A stretch of 53,903 nucleotides of DNA from a virus. Both the position numbers and the translations under genes were made by a program. The DNA lies in the IMG/VR virus record IMGVR_UViG_3300027439_000001, positions 1 through 53,903 of that record; one strand, 5' to 3'. The notes under the pieces are model-generated. The model was not told the origin of the DNA. It did not search any database and saw only the letters and a list, made by a program, of their open reading frames with translations. Positions 32,857 through 41,793 of the stretch are shown piece after piece (the stretch's first letter is position 1; every line of letters starts with the position of its first letter).

Positions 32857-32996
32857 GTCGTCAGCATCCATGGCGGCGCTTCGTCCGTTGGCTGAAGTGG
32901 AAAACGAAGCGGTGCACGGTTGGCGGATGCTGGGACGCCCTCCTCATTCGCGGCCCGTACTGTGAACGCCATATCGGGCTGCTGAAGCGCGCATGA
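32853..32996 (+). CDS. 47-aa basic Cys-containing protein
   Basis: Hand translation: MSRQHPWRRFVRWLKWKTKRCTVGGCWDALLIRGPYCERHIGLLKRA. Confidence 0.45.
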   Translation: MSRQHPWRRFVRWLKWKTKRCTVGGCWDALLIRGPYCERHIGLLKRA

Positions 32997-33024
32997 AACG
33001 GCCTCGCTCGCTCGGCAACCGCCT

Positions 33025-33405
33025 GTGATCGCCTTCACAATCGAAGGCCGCCCGCCGTCGGGGAACCGTTCGGCCAGGATGGGCCGGCGCATGTATACGC
33101 CGCCCGAGGTCAAGGAATACCGCGAGCGGGTCGCGTCCCACGCCTTTGCGGCCATGAGGGCGAAGCGCCTGAAACCGTTCGAGTACGCGTGGGTGATTGT
33201 GACCGTGTACAACGTGCGCCTGGACCTAGACAACGCCGTGGCCGAACTCCTAGACGGCATGAACGGCATTGTGTACCCAAATGATGGGCGCATTGTAGTC
33301 CTGCACCTATACAAGAACCGCGACAAGTGCGGCCCGCGCGCAAGAGTCACCGTCAAGGCCGTCGATGCCGACCTCGTCGCGACAGCGGCAGCGAGGGCGA
33401 CGTGA
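33025..33405 (+). CDS. rusA: RusA-family Holliday junction resolvase
   Basis: RLDLDNAVAELLDGMNGIVYPNDGRIV (the D-x-D-N...D-G...Y-x-D-D pattern of RusA); GTG start. Confidence 0.75.
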   Translation: MIAFTIEGRPPSGNRSARMGRRMYTPPEVKEYRERVASHAFAAMRAKRLKPFEYAWVIVTVYNVRLDLDNAVAELLDGMNGIVYPNDGRIVVLHLYKNRDKCGPRARVTVKAVDADLVATAAARAT

Positions 33406-33581
33406 AAGTCTTTGTTGTGAGCGCCGATAGCTCAGGCTACGAAGGCGATTATACGACGCGCGTTTTCGGCGTCTTTTCGACGGAAGAAAAAGCAGAAGCG
33501 TACAAGGAAACTCTTTCTGGAATGTACCGACACGAAGCCGAGATTTCTGATTACGAACTAGATGATGGAGAAGCCGAATGA
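33402..33581 (+). CDS. 59-aa acidic hypothetical protein
   Basis: GTGA overlap; (M)KVFVVSADSSGYEGDYTTRVFGVFSTEEKAEAYKE... Confidence 0.5.
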   Translation: MKVFVVSADSSGYEGDYTTRVFGVFSTEEKAEAYKETLSGMYRHEAEISDYELDDGEAE

Positions 33582-33910
33582 CCGCGCCCGAACTGCCCCT
33601 CTTTAGCCGCGTCAAAAGCCCTGTGCGGCGCTCGGACCCGGAGACGAGCCGAGAGGCCGCGAGGGTGGCGTCCGCCCGCACCACAGCCACGCAGCGTGCC
33701 GTCCTAGCCGTTTTACGAGCGCACGGGCCGCTGACGGACGAGCAAATATGGCACGACGTAAACGCGGTCTGGGCCCCCTTCTCTAGCCCGTCCGGGTGCC
33801 GCACGCGCCGCAAGGAGTTGGTGAACCTCGGGCTCGTGCGCGCGGTGCCGGGCAAGTTTGGGCGCACCGCCGCCGGAAACAAATGTCAGATTTGGCAGAT
33901 TTGTGAATGA
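33578..33910 (+). CDS. winged-helix (MarR-like) DNA-binding protein
   Basis: SDPETSREAA...QRAVLAVLRAHGPLTDEQI...RRKELVNLGLV, a pattern common in phage wHTH proteins. Confidence 0.5.
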   Translation: MTAPELPLFSRVKSPVRRSDPETSREAARVASARTTATQRAVLAVLRAHGPLTDEQIWHDVNAVWAPFSSPSGCRTRRKELVNLGLVRAVPGKFGRTAAGNKCQIWQICE

Positions 33911-33923
33911 AAGGGAACCTAAA

Positions 33924-34451
33924 ATGGCAAGCACCTTAGCACCTAACCCCTCGGGTATCCTCGGGAATCTCGAGTCCGTCGACGACGACTCGCTCATATC
34001 TCTCTATGCTGATAACCGGGCAGAGAGAGAAGAGACTGTCGCGGTATACGATAATGTTGCGGACGTTCTTAAAGCAGAGATCGAACGCCGGCTCAGAGAA
34101 CGTCGCGCCCAAGAACCCGCCGGTACCGAGACGATCGCTATTCCGCACGACCGGGTAGAGATCACCCTCAAAGCCCAATACGCTCCTTACGCCTTCGACG
34201 TCGATAAACTCCGTGAAGCCGCGAAGTTCCTCAAGTCCGAGGAAGCGGCGAAGGTTCTGGTTCACGTTCCAGAACAGGTAATCCCCGCAAAAGACATCCC
34301 AGGAAACACCGCCTCTATTAAGGCCATGCAAACGCTCTACCGTGGAAGTGACGTCGGAAAACTCCTGGCTGAAGCCATGACGCATCCACGGCTCGAAGAC
34401 AAACTCACGATCCGGCCAATCACAGCCGAGCCAAAAAACATTACGCCTTAG
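33924..34451 (+). CDS. hypothetical protein (possibly Gam/Gp157-like recombination accessory; unverified)
   Basis: 175 aa; helical N-terminus then beta-rich C-terminus; sits inside the recombination neighbourhood. Confidence 0.3.
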   Translation: MASTLAPNPSGILGNLESVDDDSLISLYADNRAEREETVAVYDNVADVLKAEIERRLRERRAQEPAGTETIAIPHDRVEITLKAQYAPYAFDVDKLREAAKFLKSEEAAKVLVHVPEQVIPAKDIPGNTASIKAMQTLYRGSDVGKLLAEAMTHPRLEDKLTIRPITAEPKNITP

Positions 34452-34481
34452 GCGAAACTGCCTTACTGAAAGGAAAGCATT

Positions 34482-35144
34482 ATGGGCGCATTAGACGCCG
34501 CACTTCCCCGCGATAGAACATCAACGGTTTCCGAACATCCTGTAAAATCCGGGACGGGATCTTACCGAGCATACTTCATCGGAATCACCGAACCATATAC
34601 CGTCGTCTCGGAACACGGCGACAAGTGCCGTGCCTGTAAAGGCGTTGGGACCTACCAGGATAGCGGGAACGATTGCCGGGCTTGCTCCGGTACGGGCAAA
34701 AGAACCGATACACAGACCCTCTTGCGCTACCATCTTGAAAACGGCAACATCGAAGAAGAAGAGGTCCGGTTTTATCTCACGCCTCCCAAGATGGGAACAG
34801 ACGGAACGCCGCATAGCCCATCTACTTTTTTCATTCGCCTTCGGTCGCTCTCTGGAATAAAAGACGCCACTCCCGCCTCTTTGAATGCGTGGTTCACGGG
34901 ACTGCCGGAACCGATTAAGGTACCATGCTTTGTGAATATCGGAGACAATAAGTTTGGCACGGCTCTCCGAATCACGGACGTTCTCCGCCGCGTACAGCCT
35001 GGGGCTGCGGCTGCTAAACCTGCACCGGCTGCAAAGCCGAGGCCTGTGGTGCAAGAGCAGAAGCCGATCACCGAAGCGGACTTCGCAGACGAGGATTTTA
35101 GTAGGCCAAGCGGCTCTGATGATTCGGTCGAGATTCCTTTTTGA
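34482..35144 (+). CDS. SSB-like protein candidate: DnaJ-type zinc finger plus acidic C-terminal IPF tail
   Basis: CRACKGVG and CRACSGTG (CxxCxGxG twice); A/P-rich linker; C-terminus GSDDSVEIPF resembles the bacterial SSB DDDIPF tip. Confidence 0.4.
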   Translation: MGALDAALPRDRTSTVSEHPVKSGTGSYRAYFIGITEPYTVVSEHGDKCRACKGVGTYQDSGNDCRACSGTGKRTDTQTLLRYHLENGNIEEEEVRFYLTPPKMGTDGTPHSPSTFFIRLRSLSGIKDATPASLNAWFTGLPEPIKVPCFVNIGDNKFGTALRITDVLRRVQPGAAAAKPAPAAKPRPVVQEQKPITEADFADEDFSRPSGSDDSVEIPF

Positions 35145-35485
35145 TGAGCACTCCGACCGAATCTTGGTCGATTGCGTTGAGAGAGGAAGTGCGCGTGGTT
35201 TGGAACCTAGAACTGCGCGCACTCTCTCCTCCACAAAGGGTCGTTGTGGCCCGTTGGTTTGCCCACGAGTTTTCGAACTGTCGCAAGTCTGAAACAAAGA
35301 ACCGCAATTCAGGAGCGAAGGCCGCTGCTGCGTTTGCGAAGATGGCCGAAGCAAAGAAGTGGCGAGATTTTACTGTAGGCGACTATTTTTCAGTCGCAAG
35401 AGAACATCATAAAGTCGCCCGGAATGAAGGTCCTTGGTACGACCCATTCGAGGCCAGGGCCATGCTTGAAGCGTCCAATGCTTAA
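35141..35485 (+). CDS. hypothetical protein (TTG 35141 or ATG 35144)
   Basis: 114 aa ORF overlapping the upstream stop. Confidence 0.5.
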   Translation: MMSTPTESWSIALREEVRVVWNLELRALSPPQRVVVARWFAHEFSNCRKSETKNRNSGAKAAAAFAKMAEAKKWRDFTVGDYFSVAREHHKVARNEGPWYDPFEARAMLEASNA

Positions 35486-35500
35486 TATGAAAGGATACTC

Positions 35501-36037
35501 ATGAAACGCAAGCCTGCAAAACCTGTACGGCGTAAACCGAAGAAGAAACCTGCTCCGACATCGCCAGTTTACAATCTCGACGAACTCGACAAATTGCTGG
35601 AACCCATTGGCAAGGAGCTTCCGCCAATCCCGTCCTCACCATTCTTCAACGCCGCTCCTGAGAAGGTTGAGCGCAGTTATTTTTGGCCTGTTTTGATGTT
35701 CTTTGCGACGGTCATTTTTGTCGTTGTAGGTTCTATGTTCGTCGGACAGGCTTTGGCGCGCACGAATGCTCTGCTTGTGCGCTTCAGCGCAGATGATATG
35801 CAAAGTGTTCGTTACTCTCAATTACAACAAGCCGAACAGTGCCGCAAGGAACGCGAACTCTGGAAGATCGTTGCCAACAAGGACTTCGTGGTATCCAGTG
35901 TCGATATTGCGGCTGCGAAACTCCAGCGCGCAAACGGCTTATCGTCCAAGGTAGACGATCTGTTTGCCCAAGGTGTTAAGACTGAGAGGGATGCTGCTAC
36001 GGCGGTTGCGGCGAAACTCGGTAAACTGTGCCAGTGA
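35501..36037 (+). CDS. membrane-anchored hypothetical protein
   Basis: 178 aa; basic N-terminus, one TM helix (YFWPVLMFFATVIFVVVGSMFVG), helical C-terminal domain. Confidence 0.55.
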   Translation: MKRKPAKPVRRKPKKKPAPTSPVYNLDELDKLLEPIGKELPPIPSSPFFNAAPEKVERSYFWPVLMFFATVIFVVVGSMFVGQALARTNALLVRFSADDMQSVRYSQLQQAEQCRKERELWKIVANKDFVVSSVDIAAAKLQRANGLSSKVDDLFAQGVKTERDAATAVAAKLGKLCQ

Positions 36038-36465
36038 ACCTTCAGCGCCCCTTCGAGTCGACCGACTTCTGGGCTGCTGTCTCTGAAGTCTGGAGGATCC
36101 CAAAGTCCGAAGGCCGCCTTTTTTTGGAGTTTGCGGAATGGAATAGGCTCGCTCATGCGGCTATCGACTGCGGGCTCATCGAGAAAACGGACTTTCAACT
36201 CCCTGCCCCAAGCGAACGAGACATCTGGCGCGCAAACGGCCTTCTTTCCGGCACAGGACTAAGACTTGCACTCCTGCGACGGTTCAATGCCATTGCAGAA
36301 GCCAAAGCCGCCGGCAAGAGCGCGCAAGCAGCACAAGAAGAATGGGACGATCTGGTTCAAGCCGACGTCGCCGCGAGAAGACTGGTGCGGAAGATGCGGG
36401 ACGAAGAGTACGCTCGGTCTCGGCAAGGAACGCGCGTTCGGCGTGGGAGTGAGGAGGGTCCATAA
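36034..36465 (+). CDS. hypothetical protein
   Basis: GTGA overlap (ORF open from 36028); about 143 aa. Confidence 0.5.
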   Translation: MNLQRPFESTDFWAAVSEVWRIPKSEGRLFLEFAEWNRLAHAAIDCGLIEKTDFQLPAPSERDIWRANGLLSGTGLRLALLRRFNAIAEAKAAGKSAQAAQEEWDDLVQADVAARRLVRKMRDEEYARSRQGTRVRRGSEEGP

Positions 36466-36581
36466 TGGAACTCTTTTGCCCGAAGTGTCTGCGGGTCTAC
36501 TTCATGGATAGATTCACCCTAAAGATTCTCGGGAAGAACGGCTACTGGGCTTTCTGCCCTGATGGGACGCTGTTGCGTTGA
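36465..36581 (+). CDS. 38-aa zinc-ribbon-like peptide
   Basis: MELFCPKCLRVYFMDRFTLKILGKNGYWAFCPDGTLLR; TAATG and TTGA junctions. Confidence 0.45.
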   Translation: MELFCPKCLRVYFMDRFTLKILGKNGYWAFCPDGTLLR

Positions 36582-36928
36582 GCCGCCCGCTCCTCGCACG
36601 AGTCGATACGAAGTCGGCTGAGTCTAAGCAACGGCGCGAGGTTCTAAGGCGAGACAACTTCCTTTGCCGCTTTGAGATTGAGTACCGAGGAAAAGGAAAC
36701 CCGCGTTGGCTGATGTGCGGTCGCAACGCCACCGACACCGCGCACATCGTCCGCCGCCACCTTTGCGGAAAAGCGCGCTTCCACGCCGACGTTGCGTTAC
36801 GCGCTTGCCGTCAATGCCACGATAAGTACGATCGGCATGAACCTGGCGTCCGCGTCCCACTTGACCGGATGAAGCGAGCATTAGCGGCCATCGACGCGAA
36901 CTCCAAAGTCCCGCTGAAGCGAGTCTAG
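36578..36928 (+). CDS. small HNH-type nuclease
   Basis: REVLRRDNFLCRF...TDTAHIVRR...CRQCHDKYD (phage HNH layout); last gene of the plus block. Confidence 0.6.
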   Translation: MSRPLLARVDTKSAESKQRREVLRRDNFLCRFEIEYRGKGNPRWLMCGRNATDTAHIVRRHLCGKARFHADVALRACRQCHDKYDRHEPGVRVPLDRMKRALAAIDANSKVPLKRV

Positions 36929-39765
36929 CGGACGCTGATTCCGGCAGCCTGCTGCAAGAGTTCTTTTCCGGTACGCTCGAGTGGCGTTCCGGTTCTCGGC
37001 TTGAACTGCCCAGCACCGAGTTGATTGAGCGCGGCTCGAGCCTCGAGAACCCCGGCCGAAGCGGCTGAGAGGAGCCAGCGCAGGTCAATGGCGTTACCGT
37101 AGTTCAGGTACCGCGCTACCCGCATCTTCACGGCGTCTGCGTACTTGGAGGGTTTCGGAGGAGTGCCGATCTGCTTCCATTGGCCCTTCGAAACTTGCCT
37201 TGGGAGAGCCGCAATTTCGGAAGCCGTGTCTTTGATTGACTGTCCAGGCTTCCCAGCCAGCGCCTCGAGTCCCAAGGTCCCTGCGGCTTGTATCGGAGCG
37301 CCCAGTGTTGCACGGAGGTACTCTTGTGGAGCCTCTATTCCGCGCGAAACGTCTTCGGTCGGGCCGTAAGCCTCGAGCCCGTGCTGGCCTGGCTGCGGCT
37401 TCCCGCCGTACATGAGCCCTCCGGTAGCGCGGTTCCAGGCCGCAGCCCGCACGGGGTTACGAGCAATTCCGCCCATTACGGCTCCGGGGATACTGCCCCT
37501 AAAGGTCCCGAACGGGGCGACGTGGCGAAGAACGTCCGTGAGGGGAGAACGATGCGCGTAGTCCACCAGTCGCTCCGAGGCGAGAGCCCCGGCCCGTAGT
37601 CCCGTCGCCTCGCCGCTTTCGGCGATGATCTTCATGTAGGTCTGCTTTGCGGCGGTATCTATCGCCCAGACCAAACGGTTGTTCATGCGCGTCCAGGCTC
37701 CAAGGGGACCTGTGCTCTTGCCCTCGAGGGGGCCGATCAGCGACTTCCCGGCCACAGCCTTTGGCATCTTCCAATCCGTGAAGGGGACGTTTTCGGGGAT
37801 CTTGGCGGAGAACTTCTGGAAGAACGGCTGCCGCTCCCGAAACTCCCCCGAGAGTGCCCCGCCTTCGCGCCCGGCCTGCGTCAGGGCCGCGTACTCCCGC
37901 TCGGTCTTTGCCGCGAGGATTTTGACTGTAAGAGCTGTGACGTCTTTGAAGAACTGCGGCTGTTTCTCGAGCGGGACGGTGTTCGCCGCCAGGTCCAAAA
38001 TGTTCGCACCGTGCCGAGGAAAGAGCGAGACGGTGGCCGCTCTGGGGTAGCCCACGACTTTCAGCCACGCATCCTGGGCCTTCTCAACGTCGGTACGATA
38101 GGCACCCGTCGCCCGGATGGTCGACTCGAACAGTTTTTTGATCTCGGGGTGGTCCATAAGGTCGCCCAGGGCCTTGTGAACTACGTCGGTCTTAACTTGC
38201 CGCCCGACGTTTTTTGCCATAGCGGCGAAGCCTTCTCTGCCCTGCGCGGCACTCTGAACCGGCAGGTCGGGGCGTTCTTGGGCTCGAGGATCGTAGTGCT
38301 CGCCCGTGTCAATGGTCCTGGCCGGGCGGCCTTTGGTTTCGTCGAGCCTGTGCGCAAACGGCATGTAGTTCTCGCGGCGCGGCACGGCCTTCTCGACGTT
38401 GCCGGCGATCTGGTGGTACTTCTCGTTGAGCATCGTTGCGTGGTCGATTGCGGCCTGGTTACCGGGCTGAAAATTGTAGCGGGGCTTTGGCTTGAGTTCT
38501 TGGTGCTCGAAAGCGCCCACACCGAAGGAACCTCGGTTCCCCTTTTGTAGCGTCTGAAGCCGGACTTTGAGGTCCGGGGAGATTGCGTCGGGGAACGCAG
38601 GAGGCGGCTTCGCCCCGGTCGGGTCGGTTTGCCATGCCTTGCGGAGTGCCGAAGCGTCCTCTTCTACGAGCCCCTCCATCTGCTTGTCGAACACCGTCTT
38701 GAGGTCAACCGACTCTTGGCCGGGGACGGCTCTCGAGCGTGGTTGCGGCTCTCCGTAGGGCTTCTTGACCCGTTTGGTCGGCTTGGGAATGACCGGCTCT
38801 TTGCCCTCACGGAGCGCCTTGGCGAGTGTGGCGCGGTCTTCGGTGGAGAGGCCAGTGCCCAGTTCCCGCAGGCCGTTACTGAGTGCGGCCTGATGCCGAA
38901 TGCGATAGTCATAATCGCTAAGGCCACGGAGTCTCTTATAGGCGAGGGCTTCTTTGGGCGTGAACGTGGTGGGCGCTTCAAGAGGCGTGGGGATCTCGCC
39001 GTTGAGCGCCTGGTAAACGTGCTTCTGCTCCTCGTCGGTCAACTTCGCGCCGGGCATCTTCTTGCCGGTCTTGAGGTCGACGCCGTTGATAATGCGTTTG
39101 GTATAGGACTCGAACTTCTTGGTGACTTGGGCTCCGGTCTCGCTCCCGAGGTTCAGCCCGCCTCGCACGGTTTGGAGGGTCTCGACCCCTTCGGTGCGGG
39201 CGACTTTTCCGCCCCAATGGGTAGCGTCGTAGATGATACGGCCTGGCATCGTGCCGCTCATCGCCTTCATTCCGGCAGCCCCGACCTTCGCAAGCGTCTT
39301 CGGGACTGCTCCGACCATGAGCGTCTCGGCGGTGAGTGGGTCCTGGAGCGTATCCAGTCCGACGTCCATCGCCCCTTGGACGGCGTGCCCGACCCCAGGG
39401 ATGGTTCCGGCCACCTTGTAGTAGGTTTCGACGTCGCCGAGTGCTGCTCGAGCGCGGGCTCTGTTCTCGTCGGGGGACCCGCCGTGGTAGGTCATCTCCC
39501 GCGTTGTATCCAGTTGGACGTTGGTGGCCCATCCTACGGGTCCAGCGAGTTGTTTCGCTAGGTGGATGGCTGGAGCCGCCGGAGTGGACTCAAGGGCCGT
39601 ACCAAGCCCGCTGACCACCGCTGCGAAGGGATTGGTTGACGGTGCCGGGGCATCGAACGGGTTACGCTTGGCTGGAGTAGGCGTGGCCTTTTTCGCAGGC
39701 GTGTCAAAAGGGTTGTGCGCCGCGGCTACAGGCGCGGGCGTATCGAACGGATTGGGGCTTGCCAT
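36925..39765 (-). CDS. large internal virion/ejection protein (candidate) with N-terminal NPFD repeats
   Basis: 946 aa; NPFDTPAP / NPFDTPAK / NPFDAPAP / NPFAAV at the N-terminus; adjacent to the transglycosylase protein at the end of the late block. Confidence 0.45.
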   Translation of the reverse strand: MASPNPFDTPAPVAAAHNPFDTPAKKATPTPAKRNPFDAPAPSTNPFAAVVSGLGTALESTPAAPAIHLAKQLAGPVGWATNVQLDTTREMTYHGGSPDENRARARAALGDVETYYKVAGTIPGVGHAVQGAMDVGLDTLQDPLTAETLMVGAVPKTLAKVGAAGMKAMSGTMPGRIIYDATHWGGKVARTEGVETLQTVRGGLNLGSETGAQVTKKFESYTKRIINGVDLKTGKKMPGAKLTDEEQKHVYQALNGEIPTPLEAPTTFTPKEALAYKRLRGLSDYDYRIRHQAALSNGLRELGTGLSTEDRATLAKALREGKEPVIPKPTKRVKKPYGEPQPRSRAVPGQESVDLKTVFDKQMEGLVEEDASALRKAWQTDPTGAKPPPAFPDAISPDLKVRLQTLQKGNRGSFGVGAFEHQELKPKPRYNFQPGNQAAIDHATMLNEKYHQIAGNVEKAVPRRENYMPFAHRLDETKGRPARTIDTGEHYDPRAQERPDLPVQSAAQGREGFAAMAKNVGRQVKTDVVHKALGDLMDHPEIKKLFESTIRATGAYRTDVEKAQDAWLKVVGYPRAATVSLFPRHGANILDLAANTVPLEKQPQFFKDVTALTVKILAAKTEREYAALTQAGREGGALSGEFRERQPFFQKFSAKIPENVPFTDWKMPKAVAGKSLIGPLEGKSTGPLGAWTRMNNRLVWAIDTAAKQTYMKIIAESGEATGLRAGALASERLVDYAHRSPLTDVLRHVAPFGTFRGSIPGAVMGGIARNPVRAAAWNRATGGLMYGGKPQPGQHGLEAYGPTEDVSRGIEAPQEYLRATLGAPIQAAGTLGLEALAGKPGQSIKDTASEIAALPRQVSKGQWKQIGTPPKPSKYADAVKMRVARYLNYGNAIDLRWLLSAASAGVLEARAALNQLGAGQFKPRTGTPLERTGKELLQQAAGISVR

Positions 39766-41790
39766 TTAGGGCAGCGCATTCATCTGCTGGATAGCCTGCT
39801 GCTGCTGCTGCGGGTTCATGGCCTTTGCGGAGTCAGAGGACAGGAAAAGTTGCGTCCGCTGTTCCTTCGGGATGGCACGGGCCTTCTCGACGGCCTCTTG
39901 TACCTTTGCGTCCGCTCCGCCGCCTGCCCCGGAACCGCCCGATACGCCAAGCGGTCCACTACCCGCAGGCTTCTTCGCATAAGAGTGTGGGAGAATCGGA
40001 AGGCCCTTCGCCCGTCTCGTGAGGTCGGCTGCGCGTCCCCGAGCCAAGATGAGTTCTTTCTCCTCCGGTTTTAGGTTCGGTGCGCTTGAGGCGTAGTGCT
40101 GAGCAGTCCCGCCAGGATCCGAGTCTCGGTCGATCATTGAGAACATCTTACTGAGCGTCTGAGCCATTTGCGGGGAGATGATGGCAGGGAGAGGAGTACC
40201 GTCAGCGTTCACGCGAGGGTTGCCGTTTGAATCCAAAGGAGCTTTTAATGCCTTGGCCCACGCAGTATAAAACTCTTGGCCCGCCTTGAGGGACTGCTCT
40301 TGAAGGGCCGACCGCTTCGTACCGTCTGCCATAAGGGCTCGAGCATCTTCATGCGCCAGGCGTCTTGCATCTCGGGCATCCGCCGCGTCCTCCCGGCTTG
40401 CCTCCCTACCGGCTGCGGCGTTCTCCCTACTCGTCTCTCGCGCATTCTGATTTTGCTGAGAGTACATGGCGATTGCCAGGGCACGAGCGTTGTTCGCGTC
40501 GTCGATCACCTGCTTGTGGTAGTCCTGGGCCGCGGTCATGTGTTGCTTGGCAATATCGGTTGCCCCGACGCTCGTATAGAATTGAGCTAATTGAGCCTCG
40601 TGGTTCGCGTAGTCCCCAGCTGTAGCGGCGCGGTTCTGCCCAGGAGGGAGAACGCGCTGAAGGCCAGGTGGGACGACGAACGGCCTGCCGGTCTTAGGGT
40701 CTATCCCTCCTGCTCGAACCTGCTGGTGCTGCTCGTAGAGCATCTTTGCGTTCTCAAAAGCGACCTTCTGCGCTTCAATCTTCGCCGTCCGCTCCGCCTC
40801 AGCGTTCTGTGAATCAGCCAGGGCTTGTGCTTGGGTCGTCTTGTACTGCTGCTCCGCCTGCTGTTCTCGACGCTGGTAGGACTGCTGCGCCCCCTCTCCC
40901 AAGCCGCCGGCAAACCCCGCAGCCAGCCGAGAAATCGGCGCACCTGGGAACAAGAGCCCAATCCCCAGGGCCAGGTACTCGAGCCCCTTATTCGGGGCTT
41001 TGTACTGAGCAGGAGTAAAGGGCGGGACCGATTCTCTGTTCGCAGGAGGAGGAGCGGCGAGTTGAGGGAGTTGGTCGGACGTCGAGTTCTGCGGAGACGC
41101 ACCCGGCACCGGATTGGGTCTTTGAGCAGGCGGGGGCTTGACGCCATTCCCCCAAGCAATCCCGGAATCAGGAGGGATGGTAGCCGACCCAGGTTTCCCC
41201 GGAGGGGAGAACGACGCAGCGATCCTCTGGGCATACGCTTGAGTTTCTGGAGAGAGTGCGGCCATCGGGGTAGCCATATTCCCCGGCCCGGCGTTGTAGC
41301 CGATCGCAGCCTTAACCGGATCCCCACCGCTTTTCTGAAGGAGGTCTTTGAGAATCTTCATCCCGCCTGCAACGTTGTAGGCTTGGTCGTTCAGGCGAGA
41401 AGGGTCGAGCCCGTAGGTACGGGCTGTATCGGGGGTGATCTGCATGACCCCCATTGCCCCGGCTGAAGACGTGACGGGATTCCTCCCCCCGGACGATTCT
41501 ATCCCCGCAACGATCTTTCCGAGCCGGTCGAGTTTCTGGTCTCCTCCGGCGTACTGAGTTATTAAGGCCGCGACTTGCGGAGTCGCTCCAGGGACCGGAG
41601 ACTGGGCTGGCCCTGCGGCAGGAGGAGGCGGAGGGGGTCCACCCTTAAGGACCGCTGCCCCGACCTTTCTCTCTTGGTCCTTCTTTGCGTCGTGCTTCTT
41701 ACGGGCGTTGACAGCAGGGGGCTGTGGTGTAGGCGGCTGCGGGAGGGGGACGGCAGGCCAGAGCGGCTGTGTCTGCGGTGCAAACGACAT
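39766..41790 (-). CDS. internal virion protein with lytic transglycosylase (SLT) domain
   Basis: GIESSGGRNPVTSSAGAMGVMQITPDTA...AIGYNAGPGN (E-S...GxMQ...AYNAG pattern). Confidence 0.75.
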   Translation of the reverse strand: MSFAPQTQPLWPAVPLPQPPTPQPPAVNARKKHDAKKDQERKVGAAVLKGGPPPPPPAAGPAQSPVPGATPQVAALITQYAGGDQKLDRLGKIVAGIESSGGRNPVTSSAGAMGVMQITPDTARTYGLDPSRLNDQAYNVAGGMKILKDLLQKSGGDPVKAAIGYNAGPGNMATPMAALSPETQAYAQRIAASFSPPGKPGSATIPPDSGIAWGNGVKPPPAQRPNPVPGASPQNSTSDQLPQLAAPPPANRESVPPFTPAQYKAPNKGLEYLALGIGLLFPGAPISRLAAGFAGGLGEGAQQSYQRREQQAEQQYKTTQAQALADSQNAEAERTAKIEAQKVAFENAKMLYEQHQQVRAGGIDPKTGRPFVVPPGLQRVLPPGQNRAATAGDYANHEAQLAQFYTSVGATDIAKQHMTAAQDYHKQVIDDANNARALAIAMYSQQNQNARETSRENAAAGREASREDAADARDARRLAHEDARALMADGTKRSALQEQSLKAGQEFYTAWAKALKAPLDSNGNPRVNADGTPLPAIISPQMAQTLSKMFSMIDRDSDPGGTAQHYASSAPNLKPEEKELILARGRAADLTRRAKGLPILPHSYAKKPAGSGPLGVSGGSGAGGGADAKVQEAVEKARAIPKEQRTQLFLSSDSAKAMNPQQQQQAIQQMNALP

Positions 41791-41793
41791 CGA

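Noticed and set aside
34521-35354. Long antisense or alternative-frame ORFs listed in the track (for example 34521..35354, 2334..3122, 14748..15419, 28791..29516, 40701..41327, 10951..11646, 25066..25740)
   Set aside because: They overlap better-supported genes and are R/S/P/G-rich, as expected for out-of-frame reading of GC-rich coding DNA. They also break the 4-nt-overlap gene chain.
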